Source: an uncultured Acidobacteriota bacterium (lineage in GTDB: Bacteria; Acidobacteriota; UBA6911). From it: DNA of 64,000 nt. The translations under genes and the position numbers were made by a program. The stretch covers positions 64,001 through 128,000 of the forward strand of contig CAWHCF010000041.1 in assembly GCA_963827655.1 (NCBI GenBank), read 5' to 3'. Each line of letters starts with the position of its first letter. The stretch's first letter is position 1. A model generated the notes under the pieces. The model was not told the DNA's origin. It saw only the letters and a program-made list of their open reading frames with translations, and ran no database searches. Below, one piece after another: positions 21,134 through 31,650 of this stretch.

Positions 21134-21877
21134 TTAGGTCTTCTGGGCAGGGCCAATCTCCTTGGCCGCGGACGGACTCTCAGCCGACGCGGGCGCCTGA
21201 ATTCCCTGGCTCGCCAGAAACTCGGCCAGGGCGGCCTGTTCCAGCGCTTTGCGTTCGTTCTCTTTTTCCTGAACTTTTTCGATATCCACCAGATCTTTGG
21301 CGACACGCGCCTTGCCGGCAGACCTCTCGTAGCGCTTGGCCAGGATCTCTTCCACGCTTTTCATCGTGTCTCCGAGATCGCCCACGCTGAAAGCCGCATT
21401 TCCCAGCGCCGCCGCAGCCTCGGCCTGCGCTTCCTTGATCTGGACCTGCGAAAGCTGTTTTTCGAGTCTGCGCACCTTGTCCCCAAATTCCTTTTGAGCA
21501 AGCTTTGCCTGTCGCAGGTTCGCCTGATAGGCCTCTTCGGTTTCCTGAAGTTCCTGTGTATCGGTGACCAGATCCGCTTTCAGTTCCTGCAACTCTCGGG
21601 CGAGGCTCCCGGCCAGTTCGCTGTTACCTGCCTGATGATTGGCGAGGATTCGCCGCTCGAGTTCCTGGGCCCGGCCGGTTTTCCCCTTCACCTGGTTTTT
21701 CAGGCGTTCGGCGACCCCGGCCATTCGGGCCAGAGCCAGATTGTACTGCACCATCTTGGCGCGAAATTCCTGCCGGGCGGCTTCCATCAAGGCTTCAGGA
21801 TTCCGTTCTTCAATGCCGCTGATAAAGAGGCTCAGGAAGCCTCTAAATAGTGTTCCAATACGAGAAAACAACGCCAT
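21134..21877 (-). CDS. pspA: PspA/IM30 (ESCRT-III superfamily) protein
   Basis: Amphipathic N-helix MALFSRIGTLFRGFLS, E..NPEA.ME.A, long coiled-coil hairpin with G..ELA, and MKSVEE. Confidence 0.88.
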   Translation of the reverse strand: MALFSRIGTLFRGFLSLFISGIEERNPEALMEAARQEFRAKMVQYNLALARMAGVAERLKNQVKGKTGRAQELERRILANHQAGNSELAGSLARELQELKADLVTDTQELQETEEAYQANLRQAKLAQKEFGDKVRRLEKQLSQVQIKEAQAEAAAALGNAAFSVGDLGDTMKSVEEILAKRYERSAGKARVAKDLVDIEKVQEKENERKALEQAALAEFLASQGIQAPASAESPSAAKEIGPAQKT

Positions 21878-22036
21878 TGCGTTCCTCCCCTCGTAGATAG
21901 AAGACCCCGCGGTTCCGGGTGCCAGCCCCATGCGACCGCTACGACTCCGGCGCGTCCTGGAGCGTCTTCTGTGTCTGGCAGATTACACTCGTCTCAGGGA
22001 AAAATTCGGCCCATTGTAAGTCTTTTTGACATAAAA

Positions 22037-22329
22037 GAGCTCGCGCAGAAATAAGTTCGCATTCTGCTGCAGGCCCGAAGGCCAAGCATAGCTGGCGGTA
22101 TGGCGCGAGCGGAAGCTGGGTCGCAGGTAGGCCCGCGTAGGCCGGTAGCGTCAGCGAACGACCGAGGTCAAAGGCCGGCCGGTCGACCTTCGGCGCTCCC
22201 GCAGGCTACCCGACGGGCCTCGCGGCCCTTAGGTGCCAATACTCACCGAGCAGCTAACAGAAAACGAACCGGTTCATAATTGACCAGCGACACTCGCGCC
22301 AGAATGTGAAGTTATTTCTGCGGGAGCCC
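22037..22329 (-). mobile_element. MITE, 293 bp, reverse orientation
   Basis: Ends GAGCTCGCGCAGAAATAAG and GTTATTTCTGCGGGAGCCC; subterminal sequence shared with 40711 and 57201; abuts the TAG of 22329-22973. Confidence 0.8.
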
Positions 22330-22973
22330 TACGGTTCGTCCGCGGTGGTGATTACCGGGCGATCGATGAGATATCCGATCGCCCAGGCCAGGTCCCGCTC
22401 TACGGCAGCCTTCTTCTGCTGCCACTGGCGCCAGTGCTCCTCATCCTGCGCCGCTTCCCTGCGCAAGCCATCGAGTTCTTCCTGGAGTGACCGGACCTGG
22501 GATTCCAGTTCCGACGTTTTTCGGGCGCGCGCGGTGTTGCGCTGTTCCATCTTCCTGGCGGCGAATCCCTCGAATGCATCCAGCGCCTGGTCGCGGGCCA
22601 CAGCATCCCTCACCACCTCCTCGACCGCCACCTTTTCATTCGCCAGGATGTTGAGAATCGCCTTTTGGACCTCCTCCCGATCCTTCGACTTGAATTGCTC
22701 CGTCTTCAGGAGCTGTTTCAGCCGTTCGACCGTCCAGCCATGAGCTGCGGCCTTTACGCCCGCGGTCGCAAAAATCTGCTCGACCGGAACGGAGAGTTCA
22801 GCCGGTAGTTCGGCCAGAGCGCGCACTTCCTCCTGCCGAATCTCGATCAACAGGTCCTTAAGGCTGACAGTTCGGGTCTGGATCTTGGCGGGACGACTCG
22901 GACTCGTGGCCGGCCTCATTTCGACAATTCCGAGGCGATCGCCTACAGCACGCAAGAGGTCGATCAGATTCAT
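22329..22973 (-). CDS. Hypothetical helical/coiled-coil protein of the pspA operon
   Basis: 214-aa ORF with no TM and a C-terminal coiled coil, 19 bp downstream of the AAA gene. Confidence 0.8.
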   Translation of the reverse strand: MNLIDLLRAVGDRLGIVEMRPATSPSRPAKIQTRTVSLKDLLIEIRQEEVRALAELPAELSVPVEQIFATAGVKAAAHGWTVERLKQLLKTEQFKSKDREEVQKAILNILANEKVAVEEVVRDAVARDQALDAFEGFAARKMEQRNTARARKTSELESQVRSLQEELDGLRREAAQDEEHWRQWQQKKAAVERDLAWAIGYLIDRPVITTADEP

Positions 22974-22992
22974 CGATAAACCCGGGACGTCC

Positions 22993-24723
22993 CTAAATAA
23001 ATTTTCTCAACTCACCGATTCGTTGTTCCAGATACTCGGGGGTCAGCTCGCGGTATCGAGGAGGCAGGAACCTCGAATCCGTGCACTCTTTGACCGCGAC
23101 CAAATCCATGTACTCGAGCTTGCGGGTGTGTGCGCTGGGGCGAACCTCGTGGAAGACGTCCGCCAGGATCTCTTTCAGTGATTGGCGCGGCTCGGAGGCC
23201 AGCTCGTACGTCCGCAGGGCGCGAACCAGTACTCCTTCAATCTCGTTGCCGCCCAGCACCACGCTTTCCTTGAGGTCGGGAAGATCCGCCTCGGCCAAGG
23301 GAAACTTCAGCTTGCGGGCAATTGCCAGAAGCAGCGCGCGCATCTCTTCCGGAGTCTCCGGTGGAAAGAGAGGTATGTGCACATCGAGCCTCCCCTGGCG
23401 CTTCAAGTCGACTTCCAGCAGGTCGGGTCTTGAAGTGGCAAAGACCCAGATAATCCTGCCGCGATTTCGCGTGTCCGACATCTCTTTCGCGAGCATGGAA
23501 TAGACCCTGCCCGACAGGCCGCTGTCTCCCTCTCCCCCTTCCCGTTTTCCCGCCGCCTGGTCCGCTTCATCCACAAAAACCACAACCTGGCCCAGGGCGC
23601 GGAGCACCGAGAAAATCTTCTCGAGATTCGACTCCGTAGCCCCTACCCAGCGGTCCCGGAAATTCTTGAAGACCACGCAGGGTATCCCGAGTTCGCCGGC
23701 CCAGCATTGCACCAGGAAGGTCTTGCCGGTTCCGATCCGGCCGGCAATCAGGTATCCCATCGGAAGCGCATGGAGCGCTCCGCGTTTAAGAAGCTGGGTG
23801 TCCTCCCGCAACCAGGCTTTGACCGCATCGTGACCCGCGAGATTGTCCAACGTGAAGGAAGATTCAACGAACTCGAGCAGTCCCTGGCATTCTTTTTCGA
23901 TCATCTCCTTTTTCATGCGAGTCAAGAACGCCGACGTGACGGTTTGGTTCTTCTTGAGAGCGATCGAGAGGACTGTGCGCGCGCCGATCCGGCTCAATCC
24001 GGTCAGGCGACGCGCGAGGTTTTCGATAGGTACTTCGCACTTTGAAGGCAGATCCGGAAACTGCGAAGTCACGAGTATTTGAAGATAGTCGAGCATCTCC
24101 GTCTCGCTCGGCAGCGGAATCTTCAGAACGGCGACATGCGGGTTGTCGACAACCAGATCATTCAGATCGTGCAATCCCTCTGCAAGGAGCACGGTCACGA
24201 TGTTCGACTGGAGAATGGCGGGATCGTTTGCCCAGCTCAGGACTTTGACCACATTGGCGCTGAACGCACCGCCCAGCGCCAGGGGATCGCCGCGCGGAAC
24301 GACGAACTCCGCGAAATCAATCACGATCGCAATCTTGCGTGAAGGCGCCTCGCCTTTGCGAAGAGATTGAAGATTCAAGGTCCGGAGTAAATAGCGATCG
24401 AGGAGCTCAAGAGCAGGCCCCGGGTCACGCGTCTGGCCCAATGTGAATGCCTGTTCACCAAGAGCCTGCTTCAACCACTCCCCCCAGTCCTCGGATCCCC
24501 GGCTTAGGCGTATCCCCTTTCCTCGATCGTAATGCATCACGATTTCGTAGCTTTCGAACATCACCTCGTCCAGGAACGTCTTTAGCGGAACGAGCTTTCT
24601 TCCGGAAGGACCCGGCGCCGGGACAATGTCGAAGAGGTTTCCGTGAATCAAAAACTGAGCGACGGATCCCGATTTGAAGAGGTCGCGCATCTCCTCGGCC
24701 CACGAAGGGAGTTCGGAAGTCAC
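22993..24723 (-). CDS. Classic-clade AAA+ ATPase with degenerate N-terminal AAA-like domain (Ycf46/Vps4-like layout)
   Basis: Walker A GRIGTGKT, pore loop RWVG, Walker B VFVDEAD, sensor ATSRP, Arg finger KRQGRLD; AAGGAG RBS and GTG at 24723. Confidence 0.88.
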   Translation of the reverse strand: MTSELPSWAEEMRDLFKSGSVAQFLIHGNLFDIVPAPGPSGRKLVPLKTFLDEVMFESYEIVMHYDRGKGIRLSRGSEDWGEWLKQALGEQAFTLGQTRDPGPALELLDRYLLRTLNLQSLRKGEAPSRKIAIVIDFAEFVVPRGDPLALGGAFSANVVKVLSWANDPAILQSNIVTVLLAEGLHDLNDLVVDNPHVAVLKIPLPSETEMLDYLQILVTSQFPDLPSKCEVPIENLARRLTGLSRIGARTVLSIALKKNQTVTSAFLTRMKKEMIEKECQGLLEFVESSFTLDNLAGHDAVKAWLREDTQLLKRGALHALPMGYLIAGRIGTGKTFLVQCWAGELGIPCVVFKNFRDRWVGATESNLEKIFSVLRALGQVVVFVDEADQAAGKREGGEGDSGLSGRVYSMLAKEMSDTRNRGRIIWVFATSRPDLLEVDLKRQGRLDVHIPLFPPETPEEMRALLLAIARKLKFPLAEADLPDLKESVVLGGNEIEGVLVRALRTYELASEPRQSLKEILADVFHEVRPSAHTRKLEYMDLVAVKECTDSRFLPPRYRELTPEYLEQRIGELRKFI

Positions 24724-25578
24724 TGGCTCTCCTTGGTCCGCGCCGCTGGTGATTGGGGGCGGCTCCGCGAGCAGATCCTCCATGGCGCCGTAAATCTGCT
24801 GCTGCTCCCTGATCCACTGAGTCGTTCCACCCAGGGTCGTCGTGATCTGATCGATGCGTTCAGAGAGTGTTTCCGGGTCGGTCGACAGAATGGCCTGTTC
24901 GCGAATCAGCTCTACCTGTTCCTGAATCCGGGTCAACTCCGCGTCCAGGAATGCGAGCTTGTCGCGCGCCTCGCTCCTGCGCTCGAGACGCTGTCGTAGA
25001 ATCTCGCTCTGGCTCGACAGACTCTTGCGCAGCTCCTCGGTCAGCGAGTCTTCCTTCAGCCGCGCTTCGAGCTGCCCGATTCTCTCCTTCAAACGCGCCG
25101 AGTCCTCTTCCGCACCGGTTGATTCTCGCACGATCCGTTCAATCGACTGGCGGGTGAGGAGGAGGCGAAGGAAGATCCAGCTCAGACGCCCCAGCCCTTC
25201 TCCCTGCGTATCAATTACGGGCGCTGAGAGCGAACTCCGTGATTGCTGCTCCAGAATCGACCGGCACCGATGTTCGAACAGGCGGTACCGGCCCTGGTCC
25301 GCTTCGCCCAGTTGTCTGATCAGGCTGTTAAGTCTGGCCTGCCAGTCGCCTTGATTCCTGGCCAGCCGCGAGGCTACGACTGTTCGCTGAAAGCGCGGGT
25401 TGGTTGCGAGGAAGCCGAGATAACCCAGTTCAAGTCCCGCGCCGATAAGCCAGAATCCGGGATTCAAGATCCCTAGGAATCCGAAGAGGCCAAGACCGAT
25501 CCAGTTGGGAGCGACAAACATGCCCACCGGACGAGCATTGAAGGCTGCGCGGATGTAATCGCCCAAACCGAGTTTCAT
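24720..25578 (-). CDS. Two-TM membrane protein with long cytoplasmic coiled coil (appears fused to the AAA gene by one indel)
   Basis: Two hydrophobic helices at aa ~20-60 then a coiled coil; the alternative frame ends ARTKESQ* at a GTGA overlap (24720-24723). Confidence 0.75.
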
Positions 25579-26405
25579 GTTCCCTCTGCTGACTGCCTGC
25601 TGCTTTTGTCCACCCGGCGGAAGGCTTCTGTTACCACCGAAACTGCTTTCTTAAAATCAGGCCGTTCCTGTGCCACCAGCGGGGGTATCCCGGCCGAAGG
25701 CGGAATATTGTCTCGAATATCGTAGGCAATCTGGCCTGGCGCGTGACTAAAAATCCAAACCCGTTCGCCAAGGTAGACCGCCTCGGTCACACTATGGGTG
25801 ACGCACAAGATCGTAGGATGTATCCGGTGCCAGAGTTCAACCAGGAGTTCTTGCATCTCAAACCGCGTTGGCTCGTCGAGGGCAGAGAAGGGTTCGTCCA
25901 TGAGAAGAATCTGGGGTTCCATCGCGAGTGAGCGCGCTATGGCAACCCGCTGCTGCTGCCCTCCTGAAAGCTGATGAGGGTACTTGTGCTCATGACCCGA
26001 CAATCCAACCTGTTCGATAAGATTGCTGGCGCGGTCGCGGCGCGCATTTTTGTCCAGATTCATTTCAACTCTATTGATCTCGAGGCCGAAAAGGACATTA
26101 CCCAGCACGGTAAGGTGCGGAAAAGAGCTGTACTGCTGGAAGATCATTCCGCGCTCGCGACCAGGACCCGCTACCGGTTGCCCCTTGATCAGAACCGCGC
26201 CTTCCGTGGGACGCAAAAAGCCTGCAATCAGATTCAAGGCCGTACTCTTGCCGCACCCGGAAGGGCCGATGATTGTAACAAACTCTCCCCGATCCGCCAC
26301 ATCCGGGATTGCAAACGAAAGATCAGTAATTGCGGTAAATGCTCCGAATCGAACCGTTACACTGCGAAACTCCACGATGGGCGCCGGAGATGTATCAGCG
26401 TTCAC
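25575..26405 (-). CDS. ABC transporter ATP-binding protein (SsuB/TauB/NrtD-like)
   Basis: GPSGCGKS, LSGGQQQR, LLMDEPFSALD and VTH; GTGA overlap with the permease. Confidence 0.95.
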   Translation of the reverse strand: MNADTSPAPIVEFRSVTVRFGAFTAITDLSFAIPDVADRGEFVTIIGPSGCGKSTALNLIAGFLRPTEGAVLIKGQPVAGPGRERGMIFQQYSSFPHLTVLGNVLFGLEINRVEMNLDKNARRDRASNLIEQVGLSGHEHKYPHQLSGGQQQRVAIARSLAMEPQILLMDEPFSALDEPTRFEMQELLVELWHRIHPTILCVTHSVTEAVYLGERVWIFSHAPGQIAYDIRDNIPPSAGIPPLVAQERPDFKKAVSVVTEAFRRVDKSSRQSAEGT

Positions 26406-27211
26406 GCGCGGCTCCGCCGGTACGGAAAGAGGCGACTGCCGAGTTGTCCCCAAGCCTGATCGGCAATCCAGGAAATCAGCGAGATCACTATGATCGTGAG
26501 GTAGATGTGTTCTCTCGGGCCGCGCCGTCGCGAAATCTCGATCAAGTAGCCCAGTCCATCGACCAGTACGACGACCTCAGCGAGCACGAGATAGGTCCAG
26601 CCCACGCCGAAGGCCAGGCGCATCGAATGCCAGATGTCGGGCAAGGCAACCGGGACGAGCACCTTTCTGACTATCTGGAAGCGCGAGGCGCCCAGCGTGA
26701 AGGCTGTTCGCAGGTAGACGTCGGGAACGGCATCGATGGCTTTGGCCACAAGTGGCAAGAGGTAGATTCCAAATGCCATGGCCAGGAAAATGATTTTTTG
26801 CAGCTCGCCGGTACCGAACCAGGACATCGTGAGAGGCACCAGCGTCGCAATCGGAACGTACCCGCTCGCGGTCACAACGGGAGTGAACGCCGCGCTCGCG
26901 CTCCCGAAAGCGCCCATCAGAATCCCAAGGGGGAAGACGATCGCCAGGGCAAGGAGGTAACTGAGACCAACACGCTGCAGGCTGGCTCCGATATGGAGCA
27001 GGAGGTTTCTGTCGGTCAGAAGCTCGGGCACGCTCTGAAGAACTTCGCCCGGACTGGGAAGGATCGTGGGTGCTATGCTTCGCTCTTCCGCGGGTCCCAA
27101 GGTCAGGATCCACCACAGCAGAATCAGCAACGCCACCGGTACCGCGCCGAGAAGAATCGCCATGCTGCGGGGAACTTCCCCTCGAACCGCGACAAACCAT
27201 GCAGGTATCAT
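26402..27211 (-). CDS. ABC transporter permease (SsuC/TauC-like)
   Basis: ILPSP.EV, SLQRV, EAA-like loop TAFTLGASRFQI..KV..P.ALP, W..LV.AE and GLG.LI. Confidence 0.93.
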   Translation of the reverse strand: MIPAWFVAVRGEVPRSMAILLGAVPVALLILLWWILTLGPAEERSIAPTILPSPGEVLQSVPELLTDRNLLLHIGASLQRVGLSYLLALAIVFPLGILMGAFGSASAAFTPVVTASGYVPIATLVPLTMSWFGTGELQKIIFLAMAFGIYLLPLVAKAIDAVPDVYLRTAFTLGASRFQIVRKVLVPVALPDIWHSMRLAFGVGWTYLVLAEVVVLVDGLGYLIEISRRRGPREHIYLTIIVISLISWIADQAWGQLGSRLFPYRRSRA

Positions 27212-27652
27212 AGGTTTGACGACCTTACGCAAGTCAGATCCAGCATGTCAATCGTTCTACAACGAACCGTGGCGAGCCGCCCGGCACCCAATTAATTCCG
27301 GTCACGAGATTTCACGGAGCCCGATTGGATTCATGAGAATCGCGGAACCCGCGAGCGCCTGGTTCGTACACTAATCTTGTAATTTTGCATTATTCAATGG
27401 CAATTCTAGACACAATACATAAAGAACAACTGAAACCGAACCGTTGATCTCCGGACCGCATCGCTCAACACCTGACAACAAATACCGCCAAGCTCGACTG
27501 CATCAGTCCAAGTGTAACGTGCCGACGCCTTTTTATTCGGGGCGGAGCCTGGCTGGCGCGGAGGAGCACGCAGCAAGCGTGCGCACTCCAAAGGAGCGCC
27601 TTGGAGTGCGTTCGGCTTGCTTCGCCTCCCGCGACCGCGGTTTGCAAACCTG

Positions 27653-27905
27653 CTACTGAGATGTGGGCTTGATGTTTTGGTTGAGCCGGAAGAAATTCGT
27701 GCCGTCGTACTTTGCCTTGATCTCGAGGAGTCTGCCATAGTTCGAGCCGAAGCTCGCTCGAGTGAGACTGTCCGCGTCGTGCTCTTCAAGACCGAGATAG
27801 TTTAGATAAACTGCGCCGGTCGAGTGCGGCGCGAGGCGGTTCCACGCCTCCCGCACCCACGCGACATGCCGGGGTGTACAAGCTTCTCGGTGATCAGCAG
27901 GCACC
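27653..27905 (-). pseudogene. C-terminal BBE-domain remnant of an FAD-linked oxidase
   Basis: AWVR......APHSTGAVYLNY...FGSNYGRLLEIKAKYDGTNFFRLNQNIKP with no upstream FAD domain. Confidence 0.85.
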
Positions 27906-28231
27906 ACGACTCGGCCAAAGTCCTGCGTCAATCCAGCCGGGAATGTGCGAGCCGATCCCTGGGTCTCGCAACAACATCACTCGCCGCGGTGAGGTTCGCG
28001 ATGATTTCCTTTTGCCTTCGTTTATACCAGCGGATTTGGGGCGAGAAACCGGTCTCATTCGCGACACGTTGGTCGCGTTCCGGTCATGTGGTCTTGACCA
28101 CCGCCTGCGCTTGAATCCGAATCGAGCCAACCATCGGCCCAGTGACTGTTGAGCCTTTCTCCCCGTTATCACTGTTGAAGAAACTTGCTCAAAATTGACA
28201 ATCCAACATTCGGGGGGTGCAGCTTCTCGTC

Positions 28232-31200
28232 CTAATTGGCGGCCGTGTAGATATAGTCATTCGATTGCCATACGCCGCTGATCTTCGACCAGAGTCTCAC
28301 ATAGAGCGTGCTCCCATTGGTCGGCAGGCCGGAAACTGTTACCGACAGGCTTGCTCCTTGGGATTGAGTGTAGACCTCGTAACCTCCAGGGCTCGTCCCT
28401 ATGTACACCCAGTATTCGGATACTCCACTACCGACACTCCACGTGAAGGTGACTACGGAGGAGGTCAGAGTCGATCCGGGCGTCGGGCTCGTCATCTGCG
28501 CCTTAGTCGCGTTACCTCCCGCCGTGTAGATATAGTCATTCGATTGCCATACGCCGCTGATCTTCGACCAGAGTCTCACATAGAACGTGCTCCCATTGGT
28601 CGGCAGGCCGGAAACTGTTACCGACAGGCTTGCTCCTTGGGATTGAGTGTAGAACTCGTAACCTCCAGGGCTCGTCCCTATGTACACCCAGTATTCGGAT
28701 ACTCCACTGCCGACACTCCACGTGAAGGTGACTACGGAGGAGGTCAGAGTCGATCCGGGCGCCGGGCTCGTCATCTGCGCCTTAGCGCGTACCTCCGGAA
28801 GCCGCCGTGTAGGTATAGTCATTCGATTGCCATACGCCGCTGATCTTCGACCAGAGTCTCACATAGAGCGTGCTCCCATTGGTCGACAGGCCGGAAACTG
28901 TTACCGACAGGCTTGCTCCTTGGGATTGAGTGTAGAACTCGTAACCTCCAGGGCTCGTCCCTATGTACACCCAGTATTCGGATACTCCACTACCGACACT
29001 CCACGTGAAGGTGACTACGGAGGAGGTCAGAGTCGATCCGGGCGCCGGGCTCGTCATCTGCGCCTTAGTCGCGTTACCTCCGGAAGCCGCCGTGTAGGTA
29101 TAGTCATTCGATTGCCATACGCCGCTGATCTTCGACCAGAGTCTCACATAGAGCGTGCTCCCATTGCTCGACAGGCCGGAAACTGTTACCGACAGGCTTG
29201 CTCCTTGGGATTGAGTGTAGAACTCGTAACCTCCAGGGCTCGTCCCTATGTACACCCAGTATTCGGATACTCCACTGCCGACACTCCACGTGAAGGTGAC
29301 TACGGAGGAGGTCAGAGTCGATCCGGGCGTCGGGCTCGTCATCTGCGCCTTAGTCGAGTTATCTCCGGGAGCCGCCGTGTAGGTATAGTCATTCGATTGC
29401 CATACGCCGCTGATCTGCGACCAGAGTCTCACATAGAGCGTGCTCCCATTGCTCGACAGGCCGGAAACTGTTACCGACAGGCTTGCTCCTTGGGATTGAG
29501 TGTAGAACTCGTAACCTCCAGGGCTCGTCCCTATCTCCAGCCAGTATTCGGATACTCCACTACCGGCACTCCACGTGAAGCTGACTACGGAGGAGGTCAG
29601 AGTCGATCCGGGCGTCGGGCTCGTCATCTGGGCAGGAGCGGTGGTGCCGGTATTGTGTAGGTAGCCGTAAAGGTGGTGTTGGTAGCAGGAGTGGCAATGT
29701 TGTGGGCGGCCGCTCCTCCATCAGACCAGGAGACGAAAGTCCAGGTCGTGCCATTCACGTTTTGCGGTGAAACGGCTTCGAGATTTCGCATCAGTCCGGC
29801 CACGCCAACGAAGGAAAACGGCGTCGTGACAGGCTGGCCATCGAGCTTCATCTGCAATCCAGGCGGGATGGTTGCCAGACTCACGGTTGAGACGCGCGGG
29901 AGAATGTCCCGGAACGAACTGTGGGTCAGACCGCCCGAATCCTGGACCGTGAGGTGAATACGGTACCAGACATTGGGACTCGTCTCGCCCGTGGTTGGAA
30001 TTACAAAAGAGCCTGTTTGGGATCCTGATGTCGGCGGGACAAAAGGATGGAAATGATTGTCATGATGAAAATCCACTCGCCACGTGAAGGCTGAAGCTGG
30101 AAGGGTACCGTCCTCGGAATCCGTGCCGATGCCGGCGTAGCCGATAGTGTTACCGGCTGTATAGATGGTGCCGGCCGTCGGTTGCGTGATGCTGCCGGTC
30201 GGGGGACTGTTGCCGGTCACGGTGAGGACGGCCTCATTACTTGTGGCGCTTCCGTAGGAGTTGGTAACTACACAGCGGAATAACGCGCCACTATCCGAGA
30301 ACTGGGCCGCGATGGTATAGCTGGACGAACTGGCGCCAGAAATGTTGTTACCGTTCCGCTGCCACTGGTAGTAAAGGGGTTGGGCGCCTGACGCGGTCAC
30401 CGAGAATGTCGCTGGTTGGCCGACAGAGACAGTCTGGCTCGCAGGGTGTCTTGTGATGCCAGGCGTGGGATTGGCAGTATAGTCGATTCTGAAAACACTG
30501 CCCAAGCCGAACGCCAGATAGTACAAACTACCATCAGGCCCTACCTGAAGGTTCAACGGGTAACCAACATCGGTGGCAAACTCGACGACCGAACCGTCGT
30601 TAGGGTCAAGGCGATTTATCCAGCCGTTGCAGAGGTCCGAGAAGAAGTAATTGCCGAGATATTCGGCCGGAAAAGTCGGGAACGAAGGATTATAGAAAAC
30701 GCCGCCGGTAATTGCGCAGCCTGAAGGGGTGCCTCCATGCGAATAGGCAAAAAATGGTGTCCTGTATTGCGATTCATTGGTAGGACCTTCGGTGTCGGGC
30801 CAGCCGTAGTTCGATCCTGCGATGCCGTCGTTGATCTCCTCCCAGGTCTCGTTTCCCACATCGTTGATGAACATTCGCCCGGTGCCGGGCTGGAATGCGA
30901 AGGTAAAGGGATTGCGAAGACCCAGGGCCCAAATCGCCCGATTGTTGCCCGTGGTCGCGGAGTAGAAGGGATTGTCCGCGGGAATAGTGCCGTCTGGATT
31001 CAAGCGGAGTATTTTCCCGAGTAGATTATTCAGCGTCTGGGCGTTGGGCCCGAAGGCATTCTCGCCCACAGCGGCATAGAGCTTCCCGTCGGGACCGAAA
31101 TGAATGGCTCCGCCGTTATGGGCTATGGCGTTGCTCAGGTTGTCCAATTCCAGGATCACGACTTCGCTTCCCGGCACGGCCACATCGCCGGCGGCAGTGA

Positions 31201-31558
31201 ACCGGCTAATCCGGTTGTGGATCGCCGGTGTGGTTGCAGTGTAGTAGACGTAGAGATACTGGTTGGACGTAAAATTCGGATCGACGGCGACACCCAGCAA
31301 ACCAGCCTCGCCATTCGTAGGAAAGCTCACTGCGAGGTCCACGAACGACGTGGATAGCAGGGTCCCGTTTTTGATGACCCGCAAACTTCCCCATTGTTCG
31401 CAGACGAAGATCCGCCCATCGGGTGCAAGAGCCATTGCGGTCGGATTGAAGAGACCGGTTGCAATCTCTGTTTCGGAAAATCCACTCGGAAGGTTTGCGC
31501 CATAGAGTGAAGCTGAACTCAGCCACGCGACAACTATCAAACCAATATACCGATTCAT
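28232..31558 (-). CDS. Secreted PQQ-dependent sugar dehydrogenase (GSDH) with Ig/PKD-like domains and five tandem beta-sandwich repeats; two frameshifts
   Basis: GLLG.A.DP.F, HNGG.I.FGPDGKLY, GLRNP.F and EEIN....G.NYGWP; ITRHP.SQTV Ig domain; the frames join with indels near 29655 and 28790. Confidence 0.85.
28240..29633 (-). repeat. Five near-identical intragenic tandem repeats (~285 bp)
   Basis: Unit-start ATGs at 29627, 29342, 29057, 28774 and 28495 (spacings 285, 285, 283, 279). Confidence 0.97.
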
Positions 31559-31650
31559 GGGTGGTCCTTTTCGCAGCGCAGTGTTCGACCCACGCACTTT
31601 GCGAAGCGGTTCGCCTTCGCTGCCTCACCGTACCTAAGCGGAAAACAGTG

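Noticed and set aside
27222-27251. Sigma54 promoter for the psp operon
   Set aside because: Best match TGGATCTGACTTGC has GG-N9-GC rather than N10. A TTGACA-N18-TAAGGT sigma70-like site is possible but too weak to call.
28240-29633. Long regular repeats as a CRISPR array
   Set aside because: Units are ~285 bp, contiguous and protein-coding, with no unique spacers and no cas genes.
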